64,000 nucleotides of DNA, taken from NCBI GenBank assembly GCA_037133755.1, contig JBAXNN010000007.1:26545-90544 (forward strand), read 5' to 3'. This DNA comes from Thermoleophilia bacterium (GTDB taxonomy: Bacteria > Actinomycetota > Thermoleophilia > Gaiellales > F1-60-MAGs149). Each line of letters starts with the position of its first letter. The first letter of the stretch is position 1. The position numbers were made by a program, and so were the translations under genes. The notes beneath the pieces are model-generated. The model did no database searches, was not told the origin of the DNA, and saw nothing but the letters and a program-made list of their open reading frames with translations. This document shows positions 38,336 through 47,800 of this stretch, piece after piece.

Positions 38336-39298
38336 ATGGCGCGGGAGTTCGAGCTCGCAGACCTCGGTGGGGGCGCGCATCGCATCACGATGCCGCTGCC
38401 GTGGGCGCTCGACCACACGCACTGCTACGCGCTCGAGGCACCCGAGGGCTGGACGATCATCGACACCGGTCTCGGCACACCGGGCACGGTACGCCGCTGG
38501 TCCGAGGCGCTCGAGCAGCTTGGCGATCCATCGATTCATCGCATCGTCATCACCCATTACCACCCCGATCACATCGGCTGTGGTGGGCTGCTCGCGGACC
38601 TCGTCCAGCCGAATGAGGTCGTGCAAGGGCGGCTCGACGCCGCGCTGTCCCAGAACGCCTGGGTCGACATGGACATCGAGGGCGTCTACGACCACATGTT
38701 CGGGAACGGCATGTCGGCCGAGATGGCGCGCGAGGCTGCAGACGATGAGGGGGGGTCGCCGGTCACGATCCCCGAGCCGACGCACCTCGTCGACGAGGGC
38801 GACGTCGTCCGCATCGGTGACGAGGACTTTCGCATCCTCCATCTGCCGGGCCACGCCGATGGCCACATCGCGCTGCATGGCCAGACGACCGACCGCCTAT
38901 TCGGAGGCGATGTGATCCTCGCGACGATCAGCCCGAACGTCGGCCGCTGGGAAGACACGGACTTCGATCCACTTGGTCGGTACTTCGAGACCCTCGAACG
39001 TCTCGCCGAGCTCTCGCCTGCCGTCGTGCATGGCGGCCATCGCCAGCCGATCGAAGATGTGGCCGGTCGCGCCCGCGAGATCAGGGCCATGCACGACGAG
39101 CGACTCCTGATCGCCCACGGGGCACTCCAGAACGGTGCTGTTTCCGCGATGGACGTCGCCAGCGTCATCTGGCCGAACGGCCACGGCATGCATGAGCGCC
39201 GCTTCGCGCTCGTCGAGGCTCTCGCGCATCTCGAGCGCCTTGTCGCCGACGGCCGGGCCACGGTCTCGGACGACGGCTACCGCTTCGCCGCGGCCTAA
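38336..39298 (+). CDS. MBL-fold metallo-hydrolase
   Basis: IDTG, THYHPDHIG (HxHxDH), [16 protein letters not shown]; C-terminal winged-helix-like tail. Confidence 0.9.
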   Translation: MAREFELADLGGGAHRITMPLPWALDHTHCYALEAPEGWTIIDTGLGTPGTVRRWSEALEQLGDPSIHRIVITHYHPDHIGCGGLLADLVQPNEVVQGRLDAALSQNAWVDMDIEGVYDHMFGNGMSAEMAREAADDEGGSPVTIPEPTHLVDEGDVVRIGDEDFRILHLPGHADGHIALHGQTTDRLFGGDVILATISPNVGRWEDTDFDPLGRYFETLERLAELSPAVVHGGHRQPIEDVAGRAREIRAMHDERLLIAHGALQNGAVSAMDVASVIWPNGHGMHERRFALVEALAHLERLVADGRATVSDDGYRFAAA

Positions 39299-39321
39299 GC
39301 GCTGCGAGCGCACAAGCGGCC

Positions 39322-39348
39322 TCACAGGCTGCTCTCAGGTCCTCAGAG
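39322..39348 (+). promoter_or_regulatory. Candidate OmpR/PhoB-family direct-repeat box
   Basis: TCACAG-N5-TCTCAG-N4-TCAGAG upstream of the 39433 gene. Confidence 0.5.
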
Positions 39349-39432
39349 ATTCTTCATGGTCGCATCGCATCCTTGAGTGCGGAGGACGTCATGTCACTCC
39401 ATCAACCACACACTCCAAGGAGGAGTTCTTCC

Positions 39433-40002
39433 ATGCACCGCAAGCTCATCGCCCTTACGGCCGTCACCGCCAGCCTGATGGTTCCGGCGGCCTCGTTCGC
39501 ACAGTCCAGCACGGCCCCGCAGGGCTCGACCTCGGCTGCGAGTTCCACCGCTCGTGTTGGCAATCACCCCAAGATCGACTTCGCGGCGATCGCCAAGGAG
39601 CTCGGTCTCGACACGACGGTGGTCCGCAAGGCGTTCCACGACAATCGCCCGCCCAAGACGGGTACGCGTCCCACCGCTGAGCAGCGCGCCGCGGCGATCG
39701 CTGCGACGGCCGCTCAGCTTGGCGTCTCGGTCGACACGCTGAAGGATCTCGTCAGCGAGTACGGTGGTGCGCCTGCGAACGGAACCGCCACCAACGGCAA
39801 GAAGCCGCCGGCGCCGATCGCGGGTATTGCCGCCAAGCTCGGCATCGACGTCAGCGTCGTGCAGGCGGCCTTCGACGCCAATCGCCCGCCGGCTGGCGTC
39901 ACGCCCACCACGGCTCAGCGTGAGGCCATCGCCAATGCGATCGGCATCACCGGCGAGCAGCTGCACCAGATCGTGCAGGAGCTCAAGGCGTCGCAGTCCT
40001 AG
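39433..40002 (+). CDS. Secreted helical two-repeat protein
   Basis: Strong AAGGAGGAG Shine-Dalgarno; signal peptide; two copies of AxIAxxLGxDxxVVxxAFxxNRPP. Confidence 0.8.
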   Translation: MHRKLIALTAVTASLMVPAASFAQSSTAPQGSTSAASSTARVGNHPKIDFAAIAKELGLDTTVVRKAFHDNRPPKTGTRPTAEQRAAAIAATAAQLGVSVDTLKDLVSEYGGAPANGTATNGKKPPAPIAGIAAKLGIDVSVVQAAFDANRPPAGVTPTTAQREAIANAIGITGEQLHQIVQELKASQS

Positions 40003-40043
40003 CGACTGCTCGCCCGCGCCTCGCGGGGTCGTCAGTCCGCGAC

Positions 40044-40075
40044 GAGCGCTCCCCGGCTCCGGCCGGGGAGCGCTC
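40044..40075. terminator. 14-bp hairpin between convergent genes
   Basis: GAGCGCTCCCCGGC-TCCG-GCCGGGGAGCGCTC. Confidence 0.75.
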
Positions 40076-40101
40076 CGCGTTCTGACCCAAGCAGGGGTGC
40101 C

Positions 40102-41769
40102 TCAGTCGAGGACGGCGCCGCTCGAAGCGGGGCCGACGAGCTGGGCGTACTTGTGCAGTGCGCCACGCGTGTACTTCGGCGTGGGGCGCTGGTACTTCTT
40201 GCGGCGCTCTTCGAGCACGGCCTCATCGACCTCGAGGTCAAGGCGCAGCTCGGCGACGTTGATGTTGATGATGTCGCCCTCTTCCATCAGACCAATCGGG
40301 CCGCCCTCGACGCTCTCGGGGCAGACGTGGCCGATGCAGAAGCCGCGCGTGGCGCCACTGAAACGCCCGTCGGTGATCAGCGCGACGGTCTCGCCGAGAC
40401 CAGCGCCCATCACCGCGCCGGTGACACCAAGCATTTCGCGCATGCCGGGGCCGCCGATCGGTCCCTCATCGCGGATGACGATGACATCGCCGTCGGTGAT
40501 GCGCCCCTCGACGACCGCGTCCATCGCGGCTTCTTCGCCCGAGAACACGCGGGCGGGGCCGCGGAACTCGCGGATACCGGTTGACGCGACCTTGACGACG
40601 CCGCCTTCCGGCGCAGCCGTGCCGCGCAGGACGAGCAGGCCGCCGTCGGAGTGCACGGGATTCGAGAACGGTCGGACGATGGTGCCATCGGCACCAGGGG
40701 AGTCGGCAAGAGCCTCGGCCATCGTCTGGCCCGTCACCGTCAGCGTGTCGCCGTGCAGATGGCCGGCATCGAGAAGCTCCTTGAGGATCGCCGGGACGCC
40801 GCCAACCTTGTCGAGATCGGCCATCACGTACTGGCCACCCGGCTTGAGGTCCGCGATATGCGGCGTGCGTGCTGCGAGGCGATTGAAGTCGTCGAGCGTG
40901 AGGTCGACGCCGCACTCGTGCGCGATCGCCAGCAGATGCAGGACGGCGTTCGTCGACCCGCCGCCGGCGTTGACCGCCATGATCGCGTTCTCGAAGGCCT
41001 TCTTGGTCATGATGCGGCGCGGCGTGAGCTCCTGCTCGACGGCCTGCACGGCAATCTGGCCAGCCTTCTGCGACCACTCGAGGCGGCGCGCATGCGTGGC
41101 GGGTGCGGAGGAAGAGCCGATCGGCGCCATGCCGATGGCCTCGCCGATCGTCGCCATCGTATTGGCGGTGAACATGCCGCCGCACGACCCCGAACCGGGG
41201 CAGGCGACCTTCTCGAGCTCGAGCAGGTCTTCCTCGCTCATCGTGCCACGTGCCACCGCACCGACGGCCTCGAAGACGTCCTGGATATTGACGTCCTTGC
41301 CGCGGAACTTGCCGGGCATGATCGTGCCGCCGTAGAGGAAGCAGCCCGGGAGGTTCAGGCGGGCCATGCCCATCAGCATGCCCGGGAGGCTCTTGTCGCA
41401 GCCAGCGATCGTGACGGCGCCGTCGAAGCGCTCGGCGTGCATCACCAGTTCATAGGCGTCGGCGATGTTCTCGCGCGAGACGAGCGAGGCGCGCATGCCT
41501 TCATGGCCCATCGCGATACCGTCGGAGACGGCGATGGTGTTGAAGATCAGCGCGACTGCACCGGCGTCCTGGACGCCCTTCTGGGCCTCAATCGCGAGCT
41601 TGTCGAGGTGGTAGTTGCACGGCGTGACCTGATTCCACGACGTTGCAACCGCCAACTGCGGCTTGGAGAAGTCCTCATCGGTGAGACCGACGGCACGGAG
41701 CATCGCGCGCGCGGGGGCGCGGCGGAAGCCCTTGGTGATCTCGTCGGAGGGGCGCTGGTTGTTGCTCAT
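40102..41769 (-). CDS. ilvD: Dihydroxy-acid dehydratase
   Basis: [65 protein letters not shown]; TACGAT 6 nt before the ATG at 41769. Confidence 0.97.
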   Translation of the reverse strand: MSNNQRPSDEITKGFRRAPARAMLRAVGLTDEDFSKPQLAVATSWNQVTPCNYHLDKLAIEAQKGVQDAGAVALIFNTIAVSDGIAMGHEGMRASLVSRENIADAYELVMHAERFDGAVTIAGCDKSLPGMLMGMARLNLPGCFLYGGTIMPGKFRGKDVNIQDVFEAVGAVARGTMSEEDLLELEKVACPGSGSCGGMFTANTMATIGEAIGMAPIGSSSAPATHARRLEWSQKAGQIAVQAVEQELTPRRIMTKKAFENAIMAVNAGGGSTNAVLHLLAIAHECGVDLTLDDFNRLAARTPHIADLKPGGQYVMADLDKVGGVPAILKELLDAGHLHGDTLTVTGQTMAEALADSPGADGTIVRPFSNPVHSDGGLLVLRGTAAPEGGVVKVASTGIREFRGPARVFSGEEAAMDAVVEGRITDGDVIVIRDEGPIGGPGMREMLGVTGAVMGAGLGETVALITDGRFSGATRGFCIGHVCPESVEGGPIGLMEEGDIININVAELRLDLEVDEAVLEERRKKYQRPTPKYTRGALHKYAQLVGPASSGAVLD

Positions 41770-41875
41770 GGCGGCATCGTAATGGGTTGTGGCCATTGAG
41801 CGGCGTGGTCGCGGTGAGGCTGGTGCGAGCTCATCGAACTACACGGCACGAGGCGCGTGCCACACCAGCGGTGGC

Positions 41876-44800
41876 TTAGATCGAGAAGCCACCGATGCCG
41901 TTGATGTAGATGCTGAACTGTGGCGGGTACGTCCCGAGGTTGACGCTAATTCCGGTGTTGTACCAGCCCCAGTTGTCCCAACTGTCCCACCCGCCGTTGT
42001 AGCAGGTGCTGCAGCATGGAGAACCGACGTCTTGTGCGACCTGGCACGTCGTTCCCGTGACGCAGTTGCACTGGTACGGATTGGCAAACGCATTCCAGGC
42101 AGCGGACTGGATCTCGACGCTTTCCCCGGAGGAAATCGTGAAATTCCCCGTACTCGAAATGCCGACGTACTCCGTATACGAGAAGCACCCTTGGTAAAGG
42201 ACGCCCCCGACGTCCTGCGCGGATGAGCACCCGCTGCCCGAAGCGGAGGAAGAGGCACTGAAGCTGCCATCGGTGCCGATGGAGAACCACCCAAATTCGT
42301 AGCTGATGCCATACAGGTCGATCGAGCCGCTGGCGTCAAGATACGGGTCTCCGGTCTGCGTGCAGCTTGGCGAAGTGCAGTTCGACATGAAGAAGCTCAT
42401 ACCGAACCAGCCCGCGCCGTAGATGCCGATCGACCCATTGACGCCGATGATGTATCCGGGGGTCGCGCCACTGTCGCTGGCATAGAACGCCACACCGGCG
42501 GAGAACGAGATGAGCGTTTCCGAGTAGGTGATCGTTGCTGTCAGCCCCACATCCGACGGCGTCTGCATGAGTGCGACGGTTGTACTTCCCATGTCGAACC
42601 CGCCGAGGTTCATGTCGGCCGAGGCGCTCGCGGCCGTTTGTGGGATCCCGCTCTGCACCGAGAAGCCCATGTCGAAGGTGAAGGTGTTCTCGCCGATCGC
42701 CAACGTCGAGATACCGGTCACGGCCATGCTGCCTGCGGTCTGCGTGGCCGTGATGGCCGCGTCAAAATCGAAGCCAGCAAGATTGAGCGTTCCTGTACCG
42801 GTAAACGAGAAGTCGTCGTTGGTGTCGAACGATCCCGCTACGCCTACGGTGGTGTTCGCGCTCTGTGGTGACAGGACAATTGCCGTGCTGACGGTCTCAT
42901 ATTCGTTGCCGCCGACATTGCCCACTGCGACGGAACCCGTGGCAAGCAAACCGTAGAAGGTCATTCCTACGTTGTCGGCGGCAAACGAGAAGTCGCCGGC
43001 GCTTCCTGTTACGAGCTGTCCTTGATTGTTGGTGACCTGCTCGGTACAACCAGAGGCGTAGACCATGGTGCCTTCGAGCGTGGCGGTGAAGACCGTGCTG
43101 AGGCTTATGTCGCCGCTGAACGCTACGCATTGGGGCGAGATGTCGAGCGTGGCCGGGTTGGCCTGCGAGCCGATCGTGAAGCCGGCGGCGGTCGTCATCA
43201 CGACGCTGGCGCTCAGATCGAATGTGGAGTCGGAGGCGGTCCAGCTTACGTCGAAGCCGCCGTTTACCGTGGCTGTGGTGCCGAAGTTGAGATTGGCCGT
43301 GACATCGGCGGTGACGTCCTCCGCCACACCGTTGTCGATCGTCACATCGAACGTAGTGATGTCGACGCTGCTGCCCATGATGTTGAGATCACCCGATGCC
43401 GCAATGGACACGTTGTCGGCGGTGGGGCTCGATTGGATCGTCGTCGTGAATTCGGCGTTCGAGAGTGAGAAGCCGTTGATGTTCAGTGATTGCGGTGATG
43501 CCACCGTGAGGCTGGCGTTGGTCGTCTGGGTGCCGCCGTTGTAGGAGAGAGCTCCGCTGAGATCGATGACGTCGCCGAAGATCGACAGGCCGCCGGCGAA
43601 CGTCACGCTGTCTGCGTTCGTGCCGGTGTTGATCGAGACGCCGATCGTTGTCGATTGGAACTGCAGGTTGCCGCTCGTGCCCGGCGTCGTGAACGCACCG
43701 ATGTTCGCCGTGCCGACGAAGACGGTGGGCGAGAGCGTCAGCGAAGCGGCGACATCGACCTCTGTGCCGAGCACGGTGCCGTCGAAGGCCATGGCGAAGC
43801 CGGGGGAGATAGTCACCTGCTGGCCATTGACGGTGCCGAGGCTGCAGCCGTCGGGAGCCGCGACGAACTCGAAGTACGTGGCTGTCATTGCCCCACCGCC
43901 GACGCTCAGGATCTGTTGCGTCCCCGTCGTGGAGCCGGCGGCGACCTCGAGGCAGGGAGTGTCGAGCGAGAGATCGGCGCCGACCGAGATCGGCACACCA
44001 CCCGGGACGCCGAAAGCCTCGGTGATGGACGAGGGTAGGGTGCCCGAGGCGGCGAGAGCGATCGTCGGCGTCTCGGTGTCGAGATTGAAGCCGATGGCCA
44101 CGTCGGCCTCGGTCACCGTAAGGCCCGTTGCGCCGAAGGCGTTCTGCCAGCCCGCGGAATCGAGCACAGCGAATGTGCCGGTAACCGTGTTGGTGGTGAT
44201 GTCGTAGGAGAGATCCACCGACAGGCTCGGCGCGCTCGACGTGCCACCGCCGACGGAGGGCACGCTGAGCGCGCCGGTACCACCGGCGAAGACGGAGAAG
44301 CCGCTGGCGTTGTTCGACAGACCGAAGTTGAGGGTGGGTACCGAGACGTTCGAGCCGCCGGAGGGGATCGTGAAGCTGCCGGGGACGTCAATCGTGGCGT
44401 CGTAGAAGCCGGTGGTCGGATCGAGGACGATCGTGCCGAGCACGCTCGGCAACGTGACGCCGGTCATCTGGCCGAACCACGTGGGCGAGGCGAAGCCGCC
44501 GGCTACGGAGAAATTGCTCGCCGTCAACCCGAGAGTCTGGGAACCAAAGCCCTCGATCGTCGCGGTCATCGAGGCTGAGGTCAGCGTGGTGTACCCGAAG
44601 GCGGCGTTCGACTGCTGGCCGTTGCTACCGCCGCCACTGCCTCCGCCACCGCCACTACCGCCGAGTGAGACGCCGTCAGGATCGAAGCCGCCGATGCTCA
44701 CGCCCTGTGAGGTGATGTTCGAGGCGATCGTCGAGAAGCTGCCGAGCCCGCTGATGTTCATGCCGCCGACCGTGTTGATCGACCAACCCGACTCGGTCGA

Positions 44801-47800
44801 GCCGGTGAAGGTCGGTTGGCCGGTTGTGGGCGTGACGGCAGAGGAGGGGAGTGCGTACGACGCGTTGAGCGACGGTGCCGTGAAGGAGATTCCAGGTGCC
44901 ACGTTGATTGCATTGGGTAGGCCCGCGTACAGGGAGAAGCCCTTGCCGCCTCCGATGCCGAACACCGCAGCGCTGGCGACTTGGATTGAGTCTCCGACGG
45001 GCGGCGTGAGATTGGCGGTTGTGCCCACGATCATGAAGAGATCGGCATTGGGGCAGGTCAGATTCGGGTTGGAGCACGAGCTTGTCAGCTGCAGGGACGT
45101 GTCCGTAAGCGAGAAGATGCTCGTCGGCTGCCATGAGGCGATCGAAGCCTCCAGATCCCACTGCCACGCGCCCTTCGCCTGACCGATCGAGCCCGAGAAG
45201 TCCGACGGCGAGACGTTCAGGCCCGGTAGTGGTGTCCAGGTCGGACCGCCGCTACTGGTGAGTGTGACCAGCCAGTTGTTTGCATTGGAGTACGTGAACG
45301 TCGCGGTGAGTGCTGTCGGCGTCTCGGAGCCGCTGTTGATGGCGACCGTGGCGGAGCCGGTGATGCCATCACCGGTGGTAGAGGCATCCCAGTTGGCCGT
45401 GAGTGCCGTCAGGTTGACGCCCGGCGAAAGTTGGAGCGTGCTGTTGATTGAGCCCGTAATCGTCGATGTGGTGCCTGCGATCGTGCCGGTCGTGTTGGTC
45501 ACGGTGCCAGCGACATTGATGGTCGTCCCGTTGATGGACAGCAGGCTGTCGGCCTTGATCGATGCGGAGAACGTGCCGGACGTTGCGGCGGTGGCGGTGA
45601 AGGTGAAGCTCTTGTCACCAGAGGCGGCCTTGGCGGTGATGCTCACGGAGGTCGACTGCGTGGTCGTGTTCGGCGTGAAGGTGACGGTCGACGAGCCGGT
45701 CCAGTCGCTTGGCAGCGTCAGGAACGGGAAGGCGCTCACATCGATCGTGCCGGAAAGCGCGGTGTTTGAGCCATTGAGGTAGGTGATGGTGAGGCCGTCA
45801 GAACCGACGCTGGTGGCCGGCAGGTTCCAACTGGCCGGCATGTTGACGGTTCCGGAGGTGATCGTGGTGGATGACGTTGACGTCGTGCCGCTGGCGCCCG
45901 TCACAGTCACGTCGCCGAACGTGAACGTCGAGTTAGAGAATGAGGTCAACTGGGTGCCACCGGCCTGGCGGGGAGCCGCTCCCCCGCAGCCACTCTTGCC
46001 GCGGATTGACCCGAACACGACCGTGGCACCGTGCCCGAGCGTGATCTTCTGCTTCGGCTTGGCACGCGAGACGGCACAGGTCGCGGCGCCCGTGGGATCA
46101 GGATCGACGCTGATAGTCGCGATCGTCGAGGCGACAATGCCACTGTGGTCGGTGGCTGTCACGCGGTAGACCTGTACGCCGCGGGACGCGGGCATAGTCG
46201 CCTGCAGCGTGGCCGTCTCGGCGCCCGAAACTGGTGCGTCGACGCCGCTGACGCGAGCCCAGACGTACCTGACATCGCCCGTGCCGCCGGTCGTCTGCGC
46301 GGCGATGGTCACGGTCTCGCCGCGAGTGGCGGTGCGTGCGGCGCCATTGGCAATGCGGATGTGGAGCGCGTTGCGGATCGTGGCCTGGCCTGCGCTGATG
46401 CGCTGACGCTGGGCCGCCTGGGCGGCCTTCGTGGCCGAGCGCGTCGCCGATTGGCGCTTCTGCTCAGCGGTGCGCTGCGCGGCCTTGGCATCGCTGATGC
46501 GCTTGGCGGCCTCGGGCGAGCGGCCGGAGGATCGAGAATCCTTGGCGTCAAGCGTGGTGCGCGGCACGGCAGTCACGCGCACGGTCTTCGTCGACGTCGC
46601 GCTGCGATCGGTCACGGTCAGTTGGAAGACGAGGACGGTGCGCTTGGCAACCGTCGGGATTTCTGCCGTCGTCCGATGAATGTGGGGCGCCTTGATCGTT
46701 GCGGCCGGGGCGGGGGTGCTGCTCGGGCAGCTGCCGAATGTCGCGATGTCCTGGGCTGTCGTGCAGCGTTGCGTCCATGTGTAGTCGAGCGAAACACCGT
46801 TGCGAGCGCTTTGGCCGCCGTCGAGCACGACGATGCGGGGGTGCTTCGGGTTGCGAGCCGGCAGCACCACGGCAGGGGTCGCCGTAGCCTTGGCGAGGAT
46901 CCCGCGACGCACGGCCAATTGCGTGGTCGCACTACCGGACGCGCGCACTGCAGCGGCGGCGTCGCCCACGACGGTCCAGCGCAGAGCAACCAGCCCGGAC
47001 TTGGCGGTTGGTGCGACGCGAAGGCCGATCGCCGTGGACGTCGAAGTGCGCCCGCGCGCAATGTTGCCGGCGTATGCGCACGAGAGCGCGCGGCCCGCAA
47101 CTGTGCAGACCCAGCCGGTGCCGGTCGCCGATTCGACCGCTAGGCCCGGGGGCAGGGTGGTGCGGACGACGATGCCCGAAACGGGCGTGGTCGCGTCCTG
47201 GTTGCGCACGCGCATGGCGATCCGCCCTGCCCCGCCGACGCTCGGGATGGCGAGTATGTCGGTCGACACACGCAACGAACGCGGGGTTGCGGCGACGCGC
47301 ACCTTCAGCCCGGCGCGGCGCGTGGTCTTCTGGCTCGGGACGCGCACCACTACCTCACTCGTGAGCGGCAGCGTGGTGGCGCGCGTCGGCGTGGCGGACA
47401 CTTCGATCCAGCCTGCCGAGGCGCCCGGTTTCACCACCGAGGCGGAGGTGAGACTGCAGGACAGGCCGCCCGCTGTCGAACACGAGCCGAGCGTCGACGA
47501 CGCGGAGTCGACGTGCAACGCGGCGCCGAGCTGGTGCTCGACGAGCATGGCGGTGCCGGCTGGCAGCACGTCACCGCCGGTGTTCGTCAGCTCGATCCGG
47601 TACGAGAAGCGCTGTCCCACCTGCGTGCGGAATGGTCCACCGCGCGTCCACGGCTGCCAGTTTCCCGGCTTCGTCTCGAACCTCAGGCGCGGCTCGATCA
47701 CCGGATCGCCGATGTCGCCGACCACCAGCGAGGCCTTGGCGATATGTCCCTTGGCGTCGCCGGCGGCGGTCGGCGTGATCGTCATCACCTGCGTGCCATC

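Noticed and set aside
35894-38878. Very long antisense or alternate-frame ORFs (also 7712-9997, 4528-6216, 34105-35883, 61203-63236, 11225-12778)
   Set aside because: They mirror well-supported genes on the opposite strand, lack recognisable motifs, and are expected from stop-codon scarcity at ~70% GC.
44620-44670. Gly/Ser run GGSGGGGGSGGGS in the giant protein as a DNA tandem repeat or contingency locus
   Set aside because: Codons vary (GGT/GGC/GGA), so it is a protein-level linker rather than a slippage tract.
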